From contig JAUQVK010000077.1 in the NCBI GenBank assembly GCA_039794845.1, positions 1-64,000 of the forward strand: 64,000 nucleotides of DNA. The letters are read 5' to 3'. Each line of letters opens with the position of its first letter. Position 1 is the first letter of the stretch. Below, piece after piece: positions 9,075-18,283 of the stretch. A model generated the notes under the pieces. It was not told the DNA's origin and searched no databases. It saw nothing but the letters and a program-made list of their open reading frames with translations. Origin of the DNA: Thermostichus sp. DRC_bins_24 (GTDB lineage Bacteria > Cyanobacteriota > Cyanobacteriia > Thermostichales > Thermostichaceae). The translations under genes were made by a program, and so were the position numbers.

Positions 9075-10940
9075 ATGGCCAAACTTTACCCTGCCAGCGA
9101 CCCGAAAACCCTGTTCTCTCCCCATTCCAGCCCGCGTGCCTCGCGCCACGTGCTCCCGCCCCCGCCCCCAGATACCGGCAGCTCCCGTTGGATGGGATCC
9201 CCGCAGACCAAAACCGTCGGGCAGAGCTATCGGGCCATTGTCTTGTTGCTGTTGACCAGTCTGTTGCTTCTGGCCGGACTGGGATCCCGTTTGGCCTACA
9301 TTCAGCTGGTGCAAACCCAGTACTTTCGCCAGCTCGCCGATACCAATCGCATTCGCCTGCTGCCACAACCGCCGGAGCGAGGCCGCATCGTCGATCGCAA
9401 TGGGGTGCTGTTGGCAGGCAGTCAATTGTCCCACTCGGTCTTTCTCTGGCCCCTGGTGCAGTCGCGGCAGCGCTGGCAGGAGATGATCCCCACTCTGGCC
9501 CGATACCTGCAAATTGCCCCCGAAGAGATCACCCAGAAACTTGAGCAGGCGGGATATCGCTCTCCTTTTCCGGTTCGTATCCTGCGCAATGCCAGCCCTC
9601 AGGTGGTGATTCAACTGGAGGAGATGAGCCGGGAGCTGCCAGGGGTGATGGTGGAAGCCGAAACCGTACGCTTCTATCCCCATGGCGACTTGGCCGCCCA
9701 TCTGCTTGGCTACACCGGCGAGATCCCTCAGGAAAAACTGCGAGCCAACCCCGACTACCGCCTGGGAGATATTGTCGGCCTCATGGGGGCGGAGGAGTTG
9801 TTTGAGGCCCATCTGCGCGGCCAGTGGGGGGGGCGACAGGTGGAAGTGGATGCGATGGGAGAAGTGCTGCGGGTGCTAGGGGAACAGGCGCCCCAACCGG
9901 GAAGAACCCTGCAGTTGACCCTAGATGTCCGTCTCCAACAGGTGGCGGAGCGCGCCCTGGCCAATCGCAAGGGAGCCGTCATCGCCATGGATCCCCGTGA
10001 TGGGTCGATCCTGGCCATGGCCAGCTACCCTAACTTTGATCCCAACCTCTTTTCCAGCCGCATCACCCAAGCCCAGTGGGATTCCCTGCAACAGCAGGAC
10101 TTTCCCTTCCTGAACCGCGGTATACGCGCCTATGCCCCTGCCAGCACTTTCAAGATCATCACCACCGCCGCCGGGATCGAGTCGGGCGCTTTTCCGCCGG
10201 GCACCGTGCTGCAAACCACTCCCTACGTCCAGGTGGGGGGGTGGCGCTTTTGGGATTGGAACCGGGCCGGGTTTGGGCGGCTCAATTACCGGCAGGCGAT
10301 GGCCTACAGCAGCGACACCTTCTTCTATCAAATCGCCCTCGGCACCAGAGCCGGCCCCATACAGGAATGGTCGCGCCGGTTCGGGCTGGGACAACCAACG
10401 GGGATTGGCCTGAAGGGGGAAGCCCTGGGCTTGGTTCCTGATGCAGATTGGAAGCAGCGACACTGGCGTGAGCCCTGGTATGTGGGGGATACGGTGAACA
10501 TGTCCATCGGCCAGGGGTTTGTCACGGCCACCCCTTTACAAATGGCAGTGGTAACCGCAGCCGTGGCCAATGGGGGATGGCGGGTGCGCCCCTTGCTCTC
10601 GCAACAGGTGATCCCCGACAACCCGGTGCCGATGCGCCAATCGGTGGGAATGTCCGCAGCAACGCTGCAAATTCTGCAGCAGGGCCTGCGGGATGTGGTG
10701 GTCTTCGGCACCGGCGGCAACGCCAATCTAGGGCCAGGATTTCCCCCGACGGCAGGCAAAACCGGTACTGCAGAGGATCCTCCTCGGCGCTCCCACGCTT
10801 GGTATGTCGGTTACGCCCCCTATGACCAACCTGAACTGGTGGTGGTGGTGTTTCTGGAAAACAGTGGCGGTGGCGGCGGCGCTCGGGCGGCCCCTGTGTT
10901 TCGGGAGGTGATGCAAGCCTATTTCCGGCCAGAGTCGTGA
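9075..10940 (+). CDS. mrdA: Penicillin-binding protein 2
   Basis: N-terminal TM, RGRIVDRNG, SxxK (STFK), SSD and KTGT motifs. Confidence 0.92.
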   Translation: MAKLYPASDPKTLFSPHSSPRASRHVLPPPPPDTGSSRWMGSPQTKTVGQSYRAIVLLLLTSLLLLAGLGSRLAYIQLVQTQYFRQLADTNRIRLLPQPPERGRIVDRNGVLLAGSQLSHSVFLWPLVQSRQRWQEMIPTLARYLQIAPEEITQKLEQAGYRSPFPVRILRNASPQVVIQLEEMSRELPGVMVEAETVRFYPHGDLAAHLLGYTGEIPQEKLRANPDYRLGDIVGLMGAEELFEAHLRGQWGGRQVEVDAMGEVLRVLGEQAPQPGRTLQLTLDVRLQQVAERALANRKGAVIAMDPRDGSILAMASYPNFDPNLFSSRITQAQWDSLQQQDFPFLNRGIRAYAPASTFKIITTAAGIESGAFPPGTVLQTTPYVQVGGWRFWDWNRAGFGRLNYRQAMAYSSDTFFYQIALGTRAGPIQEWSRRFGLGQPTGIGLKGEALGLVPDADWKQRHWREPWYVGDTVNMSIGQGFVTATPLQMAVVTAAVANGGWRVRPLLSQQVIPDNPVPMRQSVGMSAATLQILQQGLRDVVVFGTGGNANLGPGFPPTAGKTGTAEDPPRRSHAWYVGYAPYDQPELVVVVFLENSGGGGGARAAPVFREVMQAYFRPES

Positions 10941-11235
10941 TCCCCACTTTGGCGACGGGATCTGTGCCGGTTGGGTGAAAAAACCGTTAGCCAATGTCTC
11001 TTTTTCAACCAAAACCACATTAAGATCCTCGAAAACCCTGCCCCCATGAGGCTTTTGCCCTAACTTGGCTGTAGAATATGTCAGTGATTTGGAGCCAAAC
11101 TGCCATAATCCTGCCAGTTGCAGGGCAGGAACTGCTCCCACAGACCGATAGCGCGAGCGTGCCGCAAGGCAATAGCGCTCTGCGTTGTTCGGAGGACGAT
11201 CCAACCCTAATTGCCTAACCCATGAGGAGATCAGG

Positions 11236-11541
11236 ATGAACAAGGCAGAGCTTGTTGATGCCGTCGCTCATCGCGCCAATGTGACCAAAAAGGAAGCCGA
11301 TGCTGTCATTTCGGCGGCACTGGAGATCATCGTCGAAGAGGTCGCGTCCCGCGATGAAAGCGGTGAGCCCAAGGGGAAGGTGACCCTGGTGGGCTTCGGC
11401 TCCTTTGAGGCCCGCAAGCGCAAAGAGCGGGAGGGTCGCAACCCGAAAACCAACCAAAAGATGTTGATCCCAGAAAGCATCGTCCCGGCCTTTACGGCGG
11501 GCAAGTCCTTCCGCGATGCGGTAGCGGGCCAGAAGTCTTAA
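11236..11541 (+). CDS. hup: DNA-binding protein HU
   Basis: MNKAELV...VTLVGFGSF...REGRNPKT...PAFTAGK, with a GAGGAG RBS upstream. Confidence 0.95.
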   Translation: MNKAELVDAVAHRANVTKKEADAVISAALEIIVEEVASRDESGEPKGKVTLVGFGSFEARKRKEREGRNPKTNQKMLIPESIVPAFTAGKSFRDAVAGQKS

Positions 11542-11565
11542 ATCCTCAACTTCTCAACCTCAACA

Positions 11566-12798
11566 TTGACTTTGCGGTTAGGGAAAGCTCAGTTTGGAGA
11601 GGGATCTGCTCAGGGCGTGGATCGTCCTTTGGGTGGCGTGAAGCACCACTGGCCTCAGCATGGCGGTAATCGAGCTTGGGGAGCAGCAGTAGCGGGCTGC
11701 TCCCCTGCTGAAATCCTTGACTTCTCCGCTAGCCTGAACCCCCTTGGCCCTCCTGAGTCTGTCCTGCATGCCCTGCGTCAGGCTTTGTCCGCATCGGATC
11801 CGGCTGCCATTAGCCGCTACCCCGATCCTGACTACCGGGAGCTACGCATCTGCCTGGCAAAGCACTGGGCGGTCGATCCGGAGTGGGTTTTTGTGGGCAA
11901 TGGGGCTGCTGAATTGCTCACCTGGGCGGCCCGAGATGCGCAAGGGCAGGAGGTGTGGCTGCCCAAGCCGGCCTTTGGAGAGTATGAGCGGGCCCTCCGT
12001 GCAGTCGGTGCAACGATCAGGCCGCTGTACTTTGTGTCCGGTCAGGGATCCTATGGCTCCGCCCTCAAGGGTCTGTGGGAACAGAGCCCAGTCTCGGGCA
12101 GGGCGAATCGGGTGCTTTGGCTGAACAATCCCCATAATCCTACGGGCTGGCTAGCCTCGCGGCAGGAGATTTTGGCGCTGCTACCCCGGTTTCGGCAGGT
12201 GGTGGTGGATGAAGCTTTCATGGACTTCCTGCCGGGGGATGATCCTCGGGATCCGCCTGCGCCTGAGGGCTCCATCGTGGGTATGGGGCAACTCCGGAGC
12301 CAAACTCTGATCCCCTACCTGGTGGCCCACCCCAATACGGTGGTGATTCGCTCTTTAACTAAGTTTTTTACCCTGCCCGGTTTGCGCATTGGCTTTGCCG
12401 TCGGGCACCCGGATCATTGGCGGCGGTGGCAGCGCTGGCGGGATCCCTGGAGCGTCAATGGATTGGCGGCGGTGGCAGTGGCGGTGGCTTTGGCCGATGT
12501 AAGCTTTCGCCAACGTACATTAGCCTGGCTACCCGTGGCCCGAGACCACCTGCTGAGGGGGCTACAAGCTCTGCCGGGTTGGGATCCCTGGCCTAGTCAA
12601 GCCAATTTTGTGTTGGTGCGCTGCCCAGGCTCCGCCACGCAAATTCAACAGGCACTGCTGCAACGGCATCGAATTTTGCTGCGGGATTGCCTGAGTTTTC
12701 CAGAGCTGGGGGATCGCTATCTGCGCATTGGCTTGCGAACCTTGCCAGAACAGGAACAGTTGCTATCCGCCTGTCGAGAAATACCGGAGAATATCTAG
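11566..12798 (+). CDS. cobD: Threonine-phosphate decarboxylase CobD-like PLP enzyme
   Basis: HGGN, DFSASLNPLGPP, NNPHNPTG, VDEAFMDF and RSLTKFF..PGLRIG motifs. True start is probably downstream, near VKHHWPQHGG. Confidence 0.85.
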   Translation: MTLRLGKAQFGEGSAQGVDRPLGGVKHHWPQHGGNRAWGAAVAGCSPAEILDFSASLNPLGPPESVLHALRQALSASDPAAISRYPDPDYRELRICLAKHWAVDPEWVFVGNGAAELLTWAARDAQGQEVWLPKPAFGEYERALRAVGATIRPLYFVSGQGSYGSALKGLWEQSPVSGRANRVLWLNNPHNPTGWLASRQEILALLPRFRQVVVDEAFMDFLPGDDPRDPPAPEGSIVGMGQLRSQTLIPYLVAHPNTVVIRSLTKFFTLPGLRIGFAVGHPDHWRRWQRWRDPWSVNGLAAVAVAVALADVSFRQRTLAWLPVARDHLLRGLQALPGWDPWPSQANFVLVRCPGSATQIQQALLQRHRILLRDCLSFPELGDRYLRIGLRTLPEQEQLLSACREIPENI

Positions 12799-12844
12799 GA
12801 GCATTCCCCTAAGAAAACCCCATCTCCTGAAACAAGGGATCCCC

Positions 12845-13480
12845 ATGCCTGACGCTGTTGCTATTTGGCCTGAGTGTGGTGCTTCGATTGTGCGGGGTGT
12901 GGCCCATTACAGCGATCTGGAATTGCTCAGGGCCTTTCAACAGCAGCCCGAGATCGCCCGCTACTTCATCAGCCTTTTTTGCCGCTACTGTACCTGGGTG
13001 GACGGGATCATTTCTGGCTCTGTGCCCCCCGAGCAACAGGCGGCCTGTCGAGAGCAGGTTTGGTTGCGGCTTTACCCTCGCCTGCAGCGCTTGGATGGCC
13101 ATAGCCTCTTGACGGGGGACGGTGGGGAAGGGGATCCCGTGCTCCAACCCTGGCTAGCCGAGCAAACCCGCGAGTTGGCACAGTCTTTTGCCGGCATAAC
13201 CTCTGAGGAGGAAGCCCCGACCCCTAAGACCTATCTTTCACCGGCACTGGCTTGTTATTTGACCACTGGACTGGATACCCTGCCGGGAGATATGCGCTTC
13301 ATTCTACTGCTGCGGGATCGGTTTGGCTGGTCACCCGCCCGTATTGCCGCCCAACTCAAAGCCGACGGATACCACCTAGCTCCCGAAGAGGTGGATGCCA
13401 TTGTCGTCTCTGCCCGCCAAATCCTGTTTCAGTACCTACCGGCGGATGTGCGCGCCCTCTATCTTGCGGCGAAGCCCTAG
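12845..13480 (+). CDS. Sigma-70/ECF-like protein (degenerate region 2 plus region 4-like HTH)
   Basis: SDLELL...YFISLFCRY at the N-terminus and LDTLPGDMRFILLLRDRFGWSPARIA region-4-like helix pattern. Confidence 0.6.
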   Translation: MPDAVAIWPECGASIVRGVAHYSDLELLRAFQQQPEIARYFISLFCRYCTWVDGIISGSVPPEQQAACREQVWLRLYPRLQRLDGHSLLTGDGGEGDPVLQPWLAEQTRELAQSFAGITSEEEAPTPKTYLSPALACYLTTGLDTLPGDMRFILLLRDRFGWSPARIAAQLKADGYHLAPEEVDAIVVSARQILFQYLPADVRALYLAAKP

Positions 13481-13626
13481 AAGAGGGCTAGGGGTCTATG
13501 GCATGGTGAGGAGGGGGCCAATGCCTCTTGTTCCCAAGATTGATTCTGCTGTTAAGCTGTTTCCGGCTGCAGCAGACCGGCGTTGCTTGCTGTCAGCGTT
13601 TTCCATCTACCGAGTGTGGGCTGTTT

Positions 13627-14670
13627 ATGAGTCCTTCTCCCCTTCCCCCGGACGCTACCCGACCCCTGCCCATGGCACAGCAGGCCCGGCCGATGCCTCA
13701 TCCTACTCTTCAGGAGGCCCTAGGCCATTTGCACCTGGATGTGCTGCACGAATTGGAGCGGTTTCACCTCTGGCAACGGTTGCAGCGAACGTCAACCCAT
13801 CTCTCTCCGAGTCCGATGCTTTCTCAGACCCCTTCTGATCCCGATGGATTGCAGCGTGTGGGCCAGCCCCAGAATGGCACCTCTGTGCAGCGCTCCGTGC
13901 CTGTGCTGATTCAAGAGGTGGTTGAAGATTTGGAAGTGGAAGAAACCCAGCAGTCCGCCGGTGTGTTCTCGCCTCTGCTGGTTTTGCTGCTCTGGGCCCT
14001 TTCCTGCGCAGGGATTGGCTTCGGGGTACGGTGGTTGATTTGGCCGGAAGAGCTGTCGCTGCCCCAGACCGGTAGCCTGTCTGCCCCGACAGAAGCAAGC
14101 ATCCCCACCCAGGTGAATCTGGCCCAGTTGCCTTTGATCCCGTTGGGCCCTGTGGAAGCCCAAGTGGGGGAAGAGTTCTATTCCGGCAGTTTGGATCCCA
14201 GTCAGTTGGCGCTGGGGCTGTTTACCCCTCCGGATTTGGAGGATCTGCGGATCGATCCCCTGGAAGACACCCCCAACCTGTTGGATAGCTTGCAAACCGA
14301 TTTGGCCCTGGCTTCAGAGGAGCCCTCTCCCACCAGTCTGAGAACGGTTGAGCAATTGGTGGCCAGTCTAGAGCGCCCTCCCCAACCCGTAGAATCTGCC
14401 GTTGCTCCACCTCAATCTCAGCTCACCAGCTACAGCGATCTGGATGCCCTAGGGCCGAACCAGGGCGAAGGAACCTTCTTGGTGTTGACCACCTATCTGG
14501 GGGATGAGAGTTTGGCACGGGCTCGCCAGGTTGCCGATGGAGCCTTTGTAAAAGAGGTGGGTGGCCAGAAGTTTGTGCAGTTGGCGGCTTTTGAGCAGCT
14601 AGAGTATGCCCGCTTCCATGCTGAGACCCTGAAAAACCAGGGGTTTAACGTCACGATTACCGAGCAGTAG
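13627..14670 (+). CDS. Single-pass membrane protein with a C-terminal SPOR-like domain
   Basis: One TM segment (LLVLLLWALSCAGIGFGV), a Pro/acidic linker and C-terminal GAFVKEVGGQKFVQLAAF...LKNQGF. Confidence 0.6.
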   Translation: MSPSPLPPDATRPLPMAQQARPMPHPTLQEALGHLHLDVLHELERFHLWQRLQRTSTHLSPSPMLSQTPSDPDGLQRVGQPQNGTSVQRSVPVLIQEVVEDLEVEETQQSAGVFSPLLVLLLWALSCAGIGFGVRWLIWPEELSLPQTGSLSAPTEASIPTQVNLAQLPLIPLGPVEAQVGEEFYSGSLDPSQLALGLFTPPDLEDLRIDPLEDTPNLLDSLQTDLALASEEPSPTSLRTVEQLVASLERPPQPVESAVAPPQSQLTSYSDLDALGPNQGEGTFLVLTTYLGDESLARARQVADGAFVKEVGGQKFVQLAAFEQLEYARFHAETLKNQGFNVTITEQ

Positions 14671-14786
14671 CTTGATTAGTCCTGTACTCCCAGTTGGGTA
14701 CACTGAGCTCTGGATTAAACTCCCAATGACAGCTTTCTCCGACTTTACGGGAGCCTTATGACCTAAGGTCTGGGGCCTCCTAGGTC

Positions 14787-14926
14787 TAGTCACTCCAAAC
14801 AAGAACGATACACTTCCTCACTTCCCTCTCCTGCCTTGGGAGAGGGGCTACAGCCGGTGCTACGCTGCGCGCAGGGGGTAAGGGAGCCGTTTAGCCTCAA
14901 TGGCAATGACTATGGCAATGACTATA
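14787..14926 (+). mobile_element. MITE family A copy (TAGTCA...TGACTATA ends, internal CCCTCTCC/GGGAGAGGG hairpin)
   Basis: Homologous to 33882, 37616 and 41323. The right end is tandemly duplicated (TGGCAATGACTA x2). Confidence 0.75.
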
Positions 14927-15066
14927 GAACTGTATCCGAACTGCATCCCTGTCGGGCAAATGGTGGTACCTCGCACCTTGTGTAAAACTTGGTGTAAAAC
15001 TTGCGTAAAAAAATTAAGGATCCCTTAGGCAGGGATCCGCTTGGCTCATCTGGGCTCAAGCTAGGC

Positions 15067-16149
15067 TCAAGCAGTGTAAAAGGCAGTGCCCTTGTTGACA
15101 AAGTCAAGGGTGTAGGCCGCTCGGTAGTTGATGGTGGGCTCAAACACACCCGCCACCGTCATGCTGTCGAAGAAATCCTGCCAGCGCTCGTGGGTCATGG
15201 CGCCAATCCCCTTTTCTAGGGCATCGCCAGATTTGATGATGCCGTACTCTTGCAACTTCTCGAAGCTGTAGGCCAGCTGCTCATCAGTCATCTCTGGGTT
15301 GTCCCGCTTGATCAAGCCATAGGCTGGACGGGGATCCTCCAGGAAGCTGTACCAGCCTTTGATCGAGGCATCCACAAAGCGTTCCACCAAGTCAGGATTG
15401 TTTTCCACCAGCTGGCGGCGGGTTTCAATCGTGGTGGAGTAGGGGCTGTAACCCAAATCGGCCAAGAGGAACACCACTGGCTCAAACCCCCCTTCCCGCT
15501 GAATGGCAAAGGGCTCGGAGGTGAGGTACCCCTGTTGGGCCGAAGTGGGATCCGCCAAAAAGGGCCCAGGGTTGAAGTTGTAGGGGCGAGTTTGCTCATC
15601 GGTGAAGCCAAACCGGGATTTGAGGAAGGGCCAGTAACCGGCGAAAGCACCCCGCGAGACAAAGATCGGCCGACCCTTGAGATCTTCAAAGCGCTCGGTG
15701 CCCGGGTGGGCCATGATGATCTGCGGGTCTTTCTGAAACATCGCCGCCACGCATATCAAAGGGATCCCTTCGCTAACGGCGTTGATCACCCCTGCGCTTC
15801 CGCCCATGGCGAATTCAGCCGCACCGCCTGCCAAAACCTGGGCGATGTTGATGCCGGGTCCCCCCATCTGTATGGTCACATCCAACCCATGCTCGCGGTA
15901 GATGCCGGTGGCCACCGCCTGATAAAAGCCGCCATGCTCCGCTTGGGCATACCAGTTGGTGGCATAGCTCACCCGGTCTAGACCGGATCCCTGAGCCACG
16001 ATCAGGGTGGGAGAAGGTTTGCGCTGCGCTCGGGCGCCACCGGCAGCCAACAGACTCCCCCCAAGGGCGGCAGCCCCTACTTTCAGGAGCTGACGACGGC
16101 TCAGAGCGCTGCTGCTTGGTGACCATTCAGATGGACGAGACGGGATCAT
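15067..16149 (-). CDS. Tat-exported NMT1/THI5-like (NitT/TauT-family) ABC substrate-binding protein, paralog 1
   Basis: SRRQLLK twin-arginine signal, TNWYAQAEHGGFYQA and QQGYLTSEPF motifs. Confidence 0.85.
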   Translation of the reverse strand: MIPSRPSEWSPSSSALSRRQLLKVGAAALGGSLLAAGGARAQRKPSPTLIVAQGSGLDRVSYATNWYAQAEHGGFYQAVATGIYREHGLDVTIQMGGPGINIAQVLAGGAAEFAMGGSAGVINAVSEGIPLICVAAMFQKDPQIIMAHPGTERFEDLKGRPIFVSRGAFAGYWPFLKSRFGFTDEQTRPYNFNPGPFLADPTSAQQGYLTSEPFAIQREGGFEPVVFLLADLGYSPYSTTIETRRQLVENNPDLVERFVDASIKGWYSFLEDPRPAYGLIKRDNPEMTDEQLAYSFEKLQEYGIIKSGDALEKGIGAMTHERWQDFFDSMTVAGVFEPTINYRAAYTLDFVNKGTAFYTA

Positions 16150-16235
16150 GACAAACTCTCCTTAACCCAATCGCTAACAAACGGTGAAGCGGTTATCGGC
16201 AACACCATCAAACCGGAGATCCCGGAGGGAAGCGG

Positions 16236-16249
16236 TATCTGCTGTTACT
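16236..16249 (-). promoter_or_regulatory. Putative NtcA binding site
   Basis: GTA-acagcaga-TAC (GTA-N8-TAC) ~90 bp upstream of paralog 1, mirrored upstream of paralog 2. Confidence 0.65.
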
Positions 16250-16323
16250 AACTGCTGCAGACGGGCGGCGGCCCCATCCAGTTCCACCGAACGGGGCTGG
16301 GGATCCCGGGGGTTTTGACCGCT

Positions 16324-17397
16324 CTAGGCTTGATAGGCAGCTGGCCCTTTGTTGATGAAATCGAGGGTATAGGCCTTTTGATAGGGTAGGGTGGGCGGGT
16401 ACACACCGGCTACGGTCATGGTGTCGAAGAAGGTTTGCCAGCGTTCGTGGGTCATGGCGCCGATCCCCTTCTCCAAAGCATCACCCGACTTGATGATGCC
16501 GTATTCCTGCAGTTTCTCGTGGCTGTAAGCCAGCTGGGCATCGGACATATTCGGGTTGTCTTGCTGAATCAACCGGAAAGCCGGGCGGGGATCCTCCAGG
16601 AAGCTGTACCAGCCTTTGATCGAGGCATCTACAAAGCGTTGCAGGCGATCGGGGTGAGTTTCCACAAGGCGGCGCGTGGTCTCAATGGTGCAGGAGTAGG
16701 GGTTGTAGCCATAGTCGGCCAAGAGGAACACCCGCGGCTTAAAGCCCGACTCCTGTTCAATGGCAAAGGGCTCGGAGGTGAGAAAGCCCTGCTGAGCTGA
16801 GGTGGGATCCGCCAGGAAGGGGCCGGGGTTGAAGTTGTAAGGGCGGATTTGGTCGTTGGTGAAGTTGTATTGGGCCACCAAAAACGGCCAGTAGGTGATC
16901 TGTGCCCCGCGCGAGATGAAAATGGGCCGTCCGCGCAGATCCTGAAAGCGCTCCACATCGGGATGGGCAAGAATGATTTGCGGATTTTTTTGAAACATCG
17001 CTGCAACGGTGATCGTCGGGATCCCTTGCTCCACCGCGCTCAAGGCCGTTCCGCTGGCCCCCATCACGGTATCAACCGCTCCCCCCACCAACAGCTGCGT
17101 CACATTGATACCGGGGCCACCCATCTGAATCGTCACATCCAGGCCATGCTCGCGGTAGATGCCGGTGGCCAGTGCCTGATAGAAGCCCCCGTGCTCGGCC
17201 TGGGCATACCAGTTGGTGCCAAAGCTGATCTTTTCCAGGGATCCCTGGGCCACCATCAGGGTAGGAGAGGGTTTTCGCTGGGCTTGAGCCCTACCGGCAG
17301 CCAAAAGACCTCCCCCAAGCGCTGCTGCTCCGTACTGCAACAGCTGACGACGACCCAGCCGACCAATTTGGGACGACTTTTCGTTAGACCAAGGCAT
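16324..17397 (-). CDS. Tat-exported NMT1/THI5-like ABC substrate-binding protein, paralog 2
   Basis: Closely paralogous to 15067-16149. GRRQLLQ signal. Start reset to MPWSNEK, which has an AGGAG RBS. Confidence 0.85.
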   Translation of the reverse strand: MPWSNEKSSQIGRLGRRQLLQYGAAALGGGLLAAGRAQAQRKPSPTLMVAQGSLEKISFGTNWYAQAEHGGFYQALATGIYREHGLDVTIQMGGPGINVTQLLVGGAVDTVMGASGTALSAVEQGIPTITVAAMFQKNPQIILAHPDVERFQDLRGRPIFISRGAQITYWPFLVAQYNFTNDQIRPYNFNPGPFLADPTSAQQGFLTSEPFAIEQESGFKPRVFLLADYGYNPYSCTIETTRRLVETHPDRLQRFVDASIKGWYSFLEDPRPAFRLIQQDNPNMSDAQLAYSHEKLQEYGIIKSGDALEKGIGAMTHERWQTFFDTMTVAGVYPPTLPYQKAYTLDFINKGPAAYQA

Positions 17398-17482
17398 ATC
17401 AGGCGCTCCTCTATAGGGTTTGCGGTGGTTGACGAAGGTGAAAGGTTGCGCCTGATCAAACCGGAGATCCCTCGGTTCTGTC

Positions 17483-17496
17483 GTATCCGGGATTAC
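17483..17496 (-). promoter_or_regulatory. Putative NtcA binding site
   Basis: GTA-atcccgga-TAC (GTA-N8-TAC) in the divergent region between paralog 2 and the HAD hydrolase. Confidence 0.65.
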
Positions 17497-17575
17497 CAAC
17501 CTCCTGAATGGTCGACCAAGGCCGAATGTTGAGTCAGGATCCCTTGTAGAGTGAGGGGGGATAGGCGAGGCTGCG

Positions 17576-18268
17576 ATGACCATTCGCTTGGTGGTGTTCG
17601 ATATGGCCGGTACCACGGTTAAAGATAACGACGATGTCAGCAAAGCCTTGATCGCCGCCTTCGCACAGGTGGGGATCCCGATTGGGCTAACGGAGACCAA
17701 TCCTGTCATGGGCTATCCCAAACCCGTCGCTGTGCGCCGATTACTGCAGGAGCACTGGCCCCAACCCGAAGCGGTTAGCGATGATCTGGTGGACAAAGTC
17801 CATACCCTTTACCTGCAAGCGATGATTCGCTTTTACCAGACGGATCCGGATGTTCAAGAAGCTGCCGGAGCCTCAGAAACCTTTACGGCCTTAAAAAAAC
17901 AAGGGATCCACGTTGCCCTGGATACCGGGTTTGACCGGGCCACAGCCGATGTGTTGTTGAACCGGCTGGGCTGGCAAAAACATGGGTTGATCGACACCAG
18001 CGTAACCAGCGATGAAGTGCAGCAGGGCCGCCCCTATCCCGACATGATCTTCGAGGCGATGCGCCGTACCGGGGTGAAACAGGTGGCTCAGGTGGCCAAA
18101 GTGGGCGATACCCCTTCCGATTTACAACAGGGATCCTGTGCCGGCTGTCGCTATGTAATCGGGGTAACCAGTGGATCCCATTCTGCGGCTGCCCTAGCCC
18201 AGGAACCCCACACCCACTTAATTGAGCATCTACCGGAGTTGCTGGCAATCCTCACTTCAGAAAACTGA
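17576..18268 (+). CDS. Phosphonatase-like (PhnX-like) HAD hydrolase
   Basis: VVFDMAGTTV, MGYPK, GRPYPDMI and KVGDTPSD motifs. Confidence 0.8.
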   Translation: MTIRLVVFDMAGTTVKDNDDVSKALIAAFAQVGIPIGLTETNPVMGYPKPVAVRRLLQEHWPQPEAVSDDLVDKVHTLYLQAMIRFYQTDPDVQEAAGASETFTALKKQGIHVALDTGFDRATADVLLNRLGWQKHGLIDTSVTSDEVQQGRPYPDMIFEAMRRTGVKQVAQVAKVGDTPSDLQQGSCAGCRYVIGVTSGSHSAAALAQEPHTHLIEHLPELLAILTSEN

Positions 18269-18283
18269 GCTTGGTTTTCCCAT

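Noticed and set aside
17398..17709. Long N-terminal extensions in the ORF track (also at DUF924, era, spoIID, larB and permease1)
   Set aside because: They overlap neighbouring real genes. Downstream starts match the family N-termini and, in several cases, an RBS.
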